In this document: positions 39,238 through 49,654 of the stretch, piece after piece
Position numbering within the stretch: position 1 is the first letter of the stretch
Layout: every line of letters begins with the position of its first letter
Source of the DNA: Welwitschia mirabilis
Lineage: Eukaryota
DNA: 49,654 nucleotides
Direction: 5' to 3'
NCBI GenBank assembly: GCA_051453625.1
Contig: JBOZIK010000001.1
Coordinates: 23,473,135 to 23,522,788, forward strand
The notes under the pieces: model-generated
Seen by the model: only the letters and a program-made list of their open reading frames with translations
The model's database searches: none
Told to the model about the DNA's origin: nothing
Program-made: the position numbers and the translations under genes

Positions 39238-39896
39238 ATCTCCTCATTTATTATTGTTAATGATCAAATTAAAAATGTGAGTTTCCCCTAAATTAATGCT
39301 CCTCCTAATTTTGTGCCTAATTCATATTGATTACAAGCTTTTGTGGCTAATCTCTANNNNNNNNNNTTACAAGTTTACTTCGAGTTCTTCATGGTTTGAT
39401 CTCTAATAATATTAACTATTATCTTGTGATTCTGATGCCTTACTTGCCTTCAATAGTATGTTTTAGGCATCTAATTTATCCTATGGAAGCATTACTGCAT
39501 TATTTATCATCAACTAATAACTAGGAGGTACAACAATCTCCTCATTTATTATTGTTGATAATAAAATTAAAAATGTGAGTTTTCCCTAGATTAATGCTCC
39601 TCCTAATTTTGTGCCTAATTCATATTGATTCTAATCTCTAAAAAATCATAAAAAGCACAAGTTTAAAGGATACTTCAAACTAATTTTATAGTAAAGGCTT
39701 AAGTAATTACCTTAAGATTATAATATGATTAATACAAACATGTGTTACAAAAACATCTTCCTCCTATATAGTATAATTAAGCATTGTAAATACCATAATA
39801 AATAATAAGAAAGGAATTTCTAAAATAAAACAAATTTGTAAATAATGTACTAAAGTAACATAATAATTGACATAGCATAATTAGCTCTCCCCCTTT
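39238..39896 (-). promoter_or_regulatory. Multiple polypurine tracts upstream of the Sirevirus 3' LTR
   Basis: Intact AAAGGGGGAG at 39887-39896, with decayed copies near 39240, 39285, 39300 (repeated near 39540-39605) and 39760. Confidence 0.75.
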
Positions 39897-40019
39897 GTTA
39901 TTAATGACAAAGAAGATGTGAAGTACTAAAGGATAACATAGAATGTAATGATGCAATGAAAAATAATAAATAAAAGAGCATAATACAAGACTAATCAGAA
40001 TTACTATATGATTCTAATT

Positions 40020-41520
40020 AAGAAATGTAGCCATTACTACTAGCTACCTAAGACAAAGTGATTGGTGACAATAAGTAGACCCTATAGTAGAAGAAGTTGT
40101 AGACATGGCTATGTCATAATACTATGAAGTAGTGAGACCCCTGAAATGAAAATAGTATTTCATGTATCACAAATATGCCCTCATACCCCATCATGATGAA
40201 GAAGCCTCCTATGGATTTATCAAACATGATGACTTGGATGTTGCCTCAATCCTCTTGGGAGATGGATCAAAAGCTATCTGTGTCTCCTCTTCCTTCTCAT
40301 CCTCTGATTACTTCTCTTATTCCTCTAACTCCTTATCTTCTTCCTCATTTTTTTAGTCTTTTTCTCTTTTGGAACATCTTCAGCCTTTTCTATTGCTATC
40401 TCCTCTGTCTCTTCCTCCTTCTCTATCATTAAACATATATAATCTAGTGGAGGAGTTGGTGATAGTATCTATGGGTAGAAGGATGTCAACGATGAAGGTC
40501 CAAAAGCCTCTAGTACATCCCTCCATATCCCCAGAAGGTACAACATATGCCACTAGGCTTTATCCTACTTATATAATCTAGTACTAATGGATATGAGTAA
40601 GTGCATCATTGGATCTATAGGTCCTCTAAAGTGTCTAGCATATGAATGAGCACTTGAGGAAACATCCTATGATGTATGCTCTACCGTGGGAAGGCCTAGG
40701 TATAAGAGTAGCCTTAAAGATATACATGTATGATAAAGTGGAGTATTTCAAAGGTTAATAGGGCTTTAGAATCATGACATTGTATTGAGGTATGAGGATT
40801 CTAAAGCATTGGCATAATCTCATAATCAAGCCTCCATATATAAGTGTCTTATTCTTATATTAAATAATATGAACTAAGAGATTAAAAATTACCATTGGTA
40901 AATCTACCTTTCACTAAATTTAAAGTCAATGGAGAAATCTAAGCTGGTATAGTATTAAATCATCTCTATAATCATTGAGAAGTAAGAGAATGTAATAAAA
41001 AATGAGGTGTAGAACATAGTAAAGTGCCATCAAGTGTTTGAATTTAAAGGCTGTGAATGCCTCCTAGTAAACTCTGCTCTGCATAACTCTAAGACATGTT
41101 GAAACCTCTATAGATAATCAAAACCTATGAAGGATAGGTTGTGAATGCCATTTATAGAAATATTTAACACATATAAAATGAGATTTGAAGTTATCTAGAG
41201 GTTTATTCCTAAAATTAGGGTCTCCATAACTGAATCTTGGATAGACACAATCTTTATATTTGTATAGAATAAGCTAATTGCCTCTGTTATCATCTCTAGA
41301 CAAGGAATAAGTAGTGATTCTTACTCTTGATATTGAAAATTTTTTTCAGCAATCATAGGGATTTAAAGATTTCTACCTTGATATGATGTTTCCTGAGTAT
41401 TGTTTTGGCTTTAAAATCATTCTTAAATTTCATTTAAGCTGGCATGTCCATCCTCTCAAATAAGTCAACTTAGTGAGAAGATAATCTCTTAACTTCCTTT
41501 CCCTTAGCTGTATGGGATAG
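40020..41520 (-). pseudogene. Sirevirus env-like (extra) ORF, degenerate
   Basis: FQYQE*ESLLIPCLEMITEAISLFYTNIKIV...METLILGINL*ITSNLILYVLNI (~41160-41340) matches the F..QGW...V..FYAN...V.G..I motif of plant env-like ORFs. An acidic stretch lies at ~40270-40420. Position is between pol and the PPTs. Confidence 0.75.
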
Positions 41521-42499
41521 TCTAAGTGTTATCCTACACTTAAAGTACAATATTAAAACCACTAAGAAAAAATAATCATATAAAATAATTAAATAAAATA
41601 TGCATGAAAGGAAATTCACATGATACAAATTTAATAAAATTAAGATTCCCAAGCTCTACAATTCATAAAACATTTTATTTTGGATAAAATAATGGCTAAG
41701 AAGACTAAATTAAGTATTTAATAATTTGTAAGATAAATAAAAGAACCACATGTAAGAATTTAGAGAAAAAAAAAGATTTTCAAATTATGTTTTAAATGCA
41801 TAACTTTGTATGAAAATTAAACAAAACTAGTTTAAATTAAATAATGAAGGTTAGAAAGCATGATATATAAGAAAGAATAATAATAAAACATACTGAAAGA
41901 GAGAAGTTTAAAAAAGGATAAGAAAATATTAAAAAATTCAAGATAAACCTAAATAATGTAAGGAAAACCTAATGAAAGATGCATAGAAGATGAAGACAAT
42001 CTTTGAAGATTCCTTTGAAATGTATTGAGATTACATTTGGGGATGAAAATAGTGCAATAGTATATTAGAACTTAAGATAAGATGAAACAAAAATGAGGAC
42101 TTGTGTTAAGAATTTATAGATTGGCATGAGTTACACAAAGAATAGTTGACTAGGATTAGGCAGTTAATCATCTAAAAAAGATAAGTAAGGATGGTCAACC
42201 CGTCAAGATCAATAGTTAACCATTGATGTGGTTAACTGATTTCAAACATCTAAGGCTAAAAATAATTTATTAAAACTAAGAGAAAAGCAATCATTCTAGA
42301 AATAATGATAGGTTATCTACCAGAGGTTAATTAGATGTAGTGAGATGTAAATCTCCTAAGAGAAAAATTTATGAATTAAGAAAAAGAAAATTTTAAACTA
42401 TAAAGGTATGGTAAAAGAAATTTAGAGAGTTAAGATTTGTGAATAAAGATGTGAAGAAGGAAGAAAGATGAAAAGCTATTTAAGAACAAAGACAAAAAT

Positions 42500-45400
42500 T
42501 TAAAGATTTGCAAAGAAAGGTAAAATGGTCTTGAGAAAGAGAATTATTAAGAATGTTAACAAGTTGATGATTAATGGACATATATTTGAGTTTGATATTT
42601 TTTTTCTCAATATGATCTCTAACAAAGTAGTAATTGTTTAGTTTTAGAGTGAAGTATAGTATTATTAGAAATGTTTATGGCACTTAAATGATTATGAAAA
42701 ATAAGGATATTGATTTATTGAATATCAAGATATTTTAGAACATGATGGATCCATTAGAATTGGTTTACATAACTATCAATGGCTATACATTTCAGTTCAG
42801 TAAGGGATAAGGCTACAGAGCTTTGTTTTTTAATCCCAACTAAGTAGATAAGAACTAAAAGAACAACAATGAAAACTAATGCTTTTCCTATCATGTCTAG
42901 AACCATCCCAATAAGCATTGCAAAAAGTAAATAAATTTAATGAAGTATCTATAAAAACCCAAATTCCATAGTTTAGACTTCCTTTTACAAAATTGAGAAT
43001 TAATTTAACAACTCTAAGGTGAGATTTCTTGGGTTTAGATTGATATCTAGTACAATGTCCCACCACAACTGTAACATCTAGCTAACTAGATGTTAAGTAA
43101 CGTAAGTTCCTAATCATGCTTCTATACATCTTCNNNNNNNNNNNNNNNNNNNNNNNNNNNNNNNNNNNNNNNNNNNNNNNNNNNNNNNNNNNNNNNNNNN
43201 NNNNNNNNNNNNNNNNNNNNNNNNNNNNNNNNNNNNNNNNNNNNNNNNNNNNNNNNNNNNNNNNNNNNNNNNNNNNNNNNNNNNNNNNNNNNNNNNNNNN
43301 NNNNNNNNNNNNNNNNNNNNNNNNNNNNNNNNNNNNNNNNNNNNNNNNNNNNNNNNNNNNNNNNNNNNNNNNNNNNNNNNNNNNNNNNNNNNNNNNNNNN
43401 NNNNNNNNNNNNNNNNNNNNNNNNNNNNNNNNNNNNNNNNNNNNNNNNNNNNNNNNNNNNNNNNNNNNNNNNNNNNNNNNNNNNNNNNNNNNNNNNNNNN
43501 NNNNNNNNNNNNNNNNNNNNNNNNNNNNNNNNNNNNNNNNNNNNNNNNNNNNNNNNNNNNNNNNNNNNNNNNNNNNNNATTTACATCCTTGCCTTTTTCA
43601 TCAGTATCTATTTTGTAATTAGTATCCATGAATGTGAATGCCAGTCTACACTGCTTTTATTCAAACTTCTTTATGAGTTCACTTGTAAACTTTTCTTATA
43701 ATAAAAACATATCATCTTTTGTTTGCTTAACCTGTAAACCAATAAATAGTTTTAGCTCACTGAGATGGCTTATTTAAAAATGGTTAGTCATAAAGTTAGC
43801 AAACTTGTAAGATATAGAGTCCATGGTTACTCTAAGGATAATATCATTAACATAGATTTAGGTAAGTAAGAAATTATATTGTAACTTTTTAATGATTAAA
43901 GTCTTATTAATTTTACATCTAATGAAGTCGTGTATTTAAAAAAAATAAATTATATTTTCACACCATCCTCTAGCTGCTTGTTTAAATCCATACAAATCCT
44001 TTTTTAAGCTATAAACATGGTTAGGATACATTTATTCCTCAAAACTAAGGGGTTGTTCTATATAAAAAAAAAGTTCATTTAACACACCATTTAAAAAACC
44101 ACTTTTTCCTTCCATTTGATAAATATTAAAAGTGTAAAAATAAGATATAGCAAGAAATATATGAATGGATTCTAATGTAAATACTAACACAAAGGTCTCC
44201 TAAAAATTGATGCCTTTCATTTTTGTACACCCTTCTACAACAAGTCTTTCTCTATTTCTTTTAACTTATGACTCTTCATTTAGCCCATTTTTAAAGACCC
44301 ATTTAGTTCTATCAATATTGTAATCTTATGATCTTGGAATAAGCTTCCATACATTACTTTTCTTGAATTGTTGAAGTTCTTCTTGCATGGCATTAATCCA
44401 ACATTCATTTTGTTTAGCTTCTATAAAAGACATAGGTTCTAAGGTAAAGACAAAACACACATTAGCATAAATTGAACGTTTAGTTTTTACCTTGTTAAAG
44501 ACATCATCTATTATAGACTTTTTGGATGCATCCTTAAGCATAATTATTTCTTTTAGTATTCCTTGATTTATGGTATTTGAGGATTCTTTGAGTGAGAAAG
44601 ATGGAGAGGAAGGTAAGGAAGTGAAGATTTGAGTATTCGATTTAATCCTATTAGAAATTATCTCTACTCCATCATATTCATTATCATTTTTAGAGTCATC
44701 TTCATCCATTCTAACATGCATACATTCCTCAACTCTACTTAAATTTTGATTAAACACCCTATAAGCTTTGTTTGATTTGGAATACCCAAGAAATATTGCT
44801 TTAGATTATTTAGAATAAAAAATTTTAGTCATATTACCATTATTTAGAATATAGCACTTGATACCAAATATTTTAAAATATGACACATTAGGTCATTTTT
44901 CTTTCTACATCTCATAAGGGGTTTTGGTGATACCTGATCTAGGAAAAGATCTATTGGATATGTAGCAAGCTATGTTGAAAGCTTTAGTTTAAAATGTTTT
45001 AGCTATATCCTTGGCATTGTTTTAGTCATCTCTTGTGGAACACTATTCTTCCTTTCTACAAAACCATTTTCTTATGGAATTCTAAAGACTAAAAAAATAG
45101 AGGGTTACACTTTTGTTCTTATGCCATCCTTTAAACATCTCATCTTTAAATTCTCCTCCATGATCACTTCTAATATTCTTGATGTTGTAACTAGTGTCAT
45201 TCTCTAACCTCCTATTCAAGATTTAAAACTTCTTAAAAGCTTCACTCTTATGTCTCAAAAATAACACCCATGTGAATCTTGAAAAGTCATACGTAATAAC
45301 TAACACATATTTCTTACCATCAAGACTCTCTACAGGGACAGGATTTATAAGGTCAAGATGAAGTAAGTATAATTATTATTGAAAGGATANNNNNNNNNNN

Positions 45401-48213
45401 NNNNNNNNACTCTTCTTATTTTGTTTTCTAAGTTGAAAATCACTATACAAATCTCCTTTAAATTTACTCAATGTTGAGATGCCTCTAATGAGACCATATT
45501 TAGAGATGTTATACAGATTTTTATAGTTGACATACTCTAATAATTTCTGCTAAATCCTACTCTCATTTGATAACATAGAAGATAAATATTTATTTCCTAA
45601 TGATTACCTAATAGAAGATACATTTTCATCTCTATTACCAATTAATAAAAGTTTACCTTGCCTTGACATATTCTAATAAATTCTGCTAAATCCTACTCTC
45701 ATTTGATAACATAGAAGATAAATATTTATTACCTAATGATTGCCTAAAAGAATATACATTTTCATCTCTATTACCAATTAATAAAAGTTTACCTTGCCTA
45801 TCTAAAATATGATAATTAAAAGTACTAAATAAAACATATATATTTTATTAAAAATTTGGCTAATGCTAAGGAGATTATGTTTTAATCCATTAATACTAAA
45901 GAACNNNNNNNNNNNNNNNNNNNNNNNNNNNNNNNNNNNNNNNNNNNNNNNNNNNNNNNNNNNNNNNNNNNNNNNNNNNNNNNNNNNNNNNNNNNNNNNN
46001 NNNNTATACAAATCTTCTTTAAATTTACTCAATGTTGAGATGCCTCTAATGAGACCATATTTAGAGATGTTATATAGATTTTCATAGTTGACATACTCTA
46101 ATAATTTCTGCTAAAGCCTACTCTCATTTGATAACATAGAAGATAAATATTTATTGCCTAATGATTACCTAATAGAATATACATTTTCATCTCTATTACC
46201 AATTAATAAAAGTTTATCTTGCCTTGACATATTCTAATAAATTCTGCTAAAGCCTACTCTCATTTGATAACATAGAAGATAAATATTTATTGCCTAATAA
46301 TTGCCTAAAATAATATACATTTTCATCTCTATTACTAATTAATAAAAGTTTATGTTGCCTATCTAAAATATGATAACTAAAAGTACTAAATAAAACATAC
46401 GTACTTTTATTACAAATTTGGCTAATGCTAAGGATACTGTGTTTTAATCCATTAATACTCAAGAATATTATGTATCATTGGAAATTCCTTACCCCCAATA
46501 GTGCAAACACCTTTGACCATTACCTTTCCATTATCCCCAAATGTTACAATACCTCCATAACATTTGTCCATATTTGTGAATCTACTTGTATCTTCTGTTA
46601 TGTGTCTTAAGCAATTACTATCAAGATACTAGTGAATATCATTAGTGATTATCAAAGAAGGATGAATAAAAATGTTCTTATGAGCTTTACAATTATTTCA
46701 TATAATATTGAAATTGGCTTTTTCATGATAAATTGATAAGAAAGTAAAGTATCAAATCTAGAAATACACTAGTAAAATGATAATTAAGTTTAGTATGATC
46801 AAACCTATTGCAAAAATGACAAATAAGAAATTTCCTATTCTTTTTGTTGAATTCAAGATTTTGAGAGTAAGGTTGGCATCATTTGAAGTTTGTAAACATT
46901 AAAAATTTACCCTTAAAAAGAGAGTCTTATTTATTTTATAAGGATAGTACAAAGGATAAGATAAGGGGTGGAATATATCGCAAGCCATCTTTGTTGCTTG
47001 GTGCTCTTTATTTAAACAACATAGACTATAATGACTTGTTACCTTTAGAAAACTTCAAAATAATTTTATTCAAATCATTAATTTCTGAAAATATACCCTC
47101 ATGTCTATTTTTACTTACTCTTGTATGATGTTGAAGATATCTAATCTCTTTCTCAAACTTGGATGCTTAAGTTCCTAAATTCTTCTTTAGAAGATTTAAT
47201 TCTAATGTTAACTTCTTCTTTTCTTATTCATATTGGAATATATCCTCTATAAAGAGATCTTGGTATGCATCCATCAAGTCCTCTTCAGGTTCATCTTCAT
47301 CCTTATCTTCTTTAGTCTTTTATTCTTTGGTTATTATATAATTTTCTTTAATGTTGCAGAATCAATTCTTTTCTCCATCAGTTTCCTGATTATAAACATG
47401 ATTTGATACATCATCTAATTCTAACTCATGATATTTAGTTAAATAAAACTTAAAATCATCATTTCTCTTTGAGATAAGTCATACATTAGATGAGGTAAAT
47501 GTTATGAGTAATATTCTCTTATTGCCACAAGTATATTTTTGATCTGATTCATCACTATCCTAAGTGGCCATATTGCATTTCTTACTAGATCCTTAGATGG
47601 ATTCTTCTTCTTATCCTTTAAACACTTAGTTACCATGTGCCTAAACCCTTTATAAGAATAGCATTAGGTACTCTTCTCTCTTGTGTTATCCTTTAGTCTT
47701 GAATATGTTAGGTTATGATATTTCATGTTTCTCCATTTCTTTCCTACCAACATCTTCTTGAATTTTATAATAAATAAATCTAATTCCTCATCTATGTTAG
47801 AATTAAAATTGAAAGACAAGGAACTAAGTGAATCATCATTGTTATTTCTAGAGGAAGGAATTTTTTTTTAAACATTAAGAGCCATACCTTTGCCTTTATT
47901 ACCTTTGTGAACATGTTGAAGATCAAATGTCAAGGAATCACTTACGAATTCTTCTAGCTTAATATTGTTAATTTTCTTTGTGTCTCCAATTAATAACACT
48001 TTGTTTCATAAGCTTTTGAAAGTTATCTTAATATATTCTTATAAATTTGGATTGGTTTGAAAGGTTCTCTAAGTTCCCAAAGTCCTTTCATAATATCCAT
48101 GAGCTTGTTATTAAATTATTTAAAAGTTTCATCATCTTACATTCAAATTTGCTCAAATTTTTTTATGAGCATTTGTTTCTTGGTTTTCTTAATCTGATTA
48201 GTTCCTTCATATG
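42500..48213 (-). pseudogene. gag-pol: Degenerate copia gag-pol of the Sirevirus
   Basis: Gag YEGTNQIKKTKKQMLIKKFE (~48150-48211), knuckle CYSYKGFRHMVTKC (47622-47663), protease *YLDSNCLRHIT (~46595-46633), NGLKHNLLSISQ, integrase DFSRFTWVLFL and SDHGGEF (45148-45168), RT WINAMQEELQQF (ORF 44326-44757), LYGFKQAARGW and IYVNDI (43841-43858), RNase H region (ORF 42830-43066 and ~42540-42650). Confidence 0.95.
45527..45799. repeat. 136-bp tandem duplication inside Sirevirus pol (seen again at 46088-46360)
   Basis: Units start ttgacata at 45527 and 45663, and again at 46088 and 46224. The unit junction is not at a gap. Confidence 0.85.
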
Positions 48214-49601
48214 TGTTAACACGTGAAAAATGACATTTATATGAAGTATTTTAGGTTGATTTATTATAAATGAAGATATTAATTTAATTATTCTAATCAT
48301 AGAATATGTCTTCTATTATTTTTAAATAAAACTTAATTTTATGATTTTCATCATAATAATTATGGATCTTTATCCACAATTTGGAATACATGAAAAAATA
48401 TAAATACAATTCCATATCAAACAATGGTGGTAATGAATACATAAGTGGTGACACATGATAGTATTATTGAAAGACATGTGGTAATGGCATGGGGAGGTGA
48501 TACTATAGACATATGGTGATAGCACCAATTGGTGGAGGAATATACTTTAATGATCATGTATTAGACTCATCATGATAACCTCTACCAAACACTATAGGAT
48601 GAATATTCCATCTAATGCTACATGATAACCTCCACCAAACACATAGGATGAAGATTTCATCTAATGCTATATCATGAAGATTCTACCTAATGCTATAAGA
48701 CAAAATCTTATCCATCCTACCTAATGCTTTGAGAAAAAGAATTATAATCATCCATGTATTACTAGAAGCAAAAGGATCCCAATCACCTCTATCTTATACT
48801 TGCATATAAAAGGGTTTTGTGCCTTCATTTGAAAAGATTATTTAGTTGTTAAAGCATAGTATAAATCTTTATAGTATCATAGTTGACATGGCCTTCTAAG
48901 TACCTTCTTTGGGAGCAAACTTATTCTAAGGCTAGTTCAAGGAATTCATACCAGCATAATCTTATTCTTCTGATGTAATTTATATTTTGTAATTCTATAA
49001 TAAAGTAGTTATTCACTTTTGATGTTAAGTCTCAAATAGCTTTATACTTGTAATAATTAAGTGAAAATTATATTATTAAGTTATATCATTAACTAAGTAA
49101 ATTCATTAAGTTAGTTGGTTATAGTTACTTTTCTTTGATGGAATTTGAGTACTATAGTCTTTACTTTTCATACTTATGAATGGGTAATTGTTNNNNNNNN
49201 NNNNNNNNNNNNNNNNNNNNNNNNNNNNNNNNNNNNNNNNNNNNNNNNNNNNNNNNNNNNNNNNNNNNNNNNNNNNNNNNNNNNNNNNNNNNATTCTTCT
49301 TATGTATTTTATATTTTGTAATTCTATAATAAAGTAGTTATTCACTTGTGATTTTAAGTGAAAGTTGCATTATTAGGTTGTATCATTAACTAAGTAAATT
49401 CATTAAGTTAGTTTGTTATAGTTACTTTTCTTTGATGGAATTTGAGTACTATAGTCTTTACTTTCCATACTTATGAATGGGTTATAAAGAATCAAGTAAC
49501 TATTAAATTCACCAATACTTATATGGGAAATGAGATTATATCATCATAACTCAAGCTATTATGACTTGATAGTTTAAGTTATGTTTTAGAAAATTACAAC
49601 A
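48214..49601 (+). mobile_element. Solo LTR of an unassigned family inserted in Sirevirus gag
   Basis: Termini TGTTAAC...TACAACA, flanks TATG (48210-48213) and TATC (49602-49605), TATA-like TATAAAAGGG at 48805, internal ~49-bp repeats. Removing it restores a gag-like frame. Confidence 0.7.
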
Positions 49602-49654
49602 TATCATTAAAGTAAAGAATCATAAATAGATAAATTAAGCTATAATCTTTGGAA
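49602..49654 (-). pseudogene. Probable continuation of Sirevirus gag beyond the solo LTR
   Basis: Joined to the left flank it reads IYDSLL*SYEGT, against the typical copia gag IWDTLxxTYEGT. Confidence 0.5.

Larger units (their letters stand above)
38150..48213 (-). mobile_element. Sirevirus (SIRE lineage Ty1/copia) with env-like ORF, degenerate; 5' LTR outside the window
   Basis: Copia domain order gag-PR-INT-RT-RH on the minus strand, then an extra ORF, several polypurine tracts, and a 3' LTR ending TATTCACCCCTTCC...CCTAACA. Confidence 0.9.

Noticed and set aside
40162..40581. Three overlapping Ser/Leu-rich plus-strand ORFs
   Set aside because: They are antisense shadows of the purine-rich acidic part of the env-like ORF.
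1368..43629. Long ORFs in the track made mostly of X (for example 9725-10659, 15519-16181, 33183-33872)
   Set aside because: They exist only because N runs contain no stop codons.

Overview
This window is gappy, very AT-rich (under 30% GC by eye) eukaryotic sequence, almost certainly from a land plant. It is a graveyard of decayed retrotransposons. I found no intact gene, host exon, RNA gene or CRISPR array, and most ORFs in the supplied track are N-gap artefacts. From left to right: (1) an Athila-like LTR (1-1839, +) inserted in the gag of a minus-strand Athila-like element (gag, PBS and 5' LTR, 1840-6867), which itself abuts the broken RT of a plus-strand Athila-like element (pol, PPT and 3' LTR, 6868-~13455); (2) about 17 kb of L1-type LINE remnants (13460-30210), including three diverged same-strand pieces of one family with an unrecognised C-terminal extension; (3) an RTE-X-like LINE remnant (~30370-31200) and a small gypsy fragment; (4) a third Athila-like element (LTR end, PBS, gag-protease, to 38149) interrupted by a minus-strand Sirevirus (copia) with multiple PPTs and an env-like ORF (38150-48213), whose gag is interrupted by a solo LTR with an apparent 4-bp TSD (48214-49601). 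The most notable signals are C>T/G>A decay in non-CpG contexts, a reconstructable 14-bp CpG palindrome (GTCGTCCGGACGAC) repeated in the Athila-like LTRs, the LINE extension, and the RTE-X-like remnant. I do not see a clearly new biological system. All calls come from manual translation and motif recognition, and boundaries are approximate unless termini are stated.
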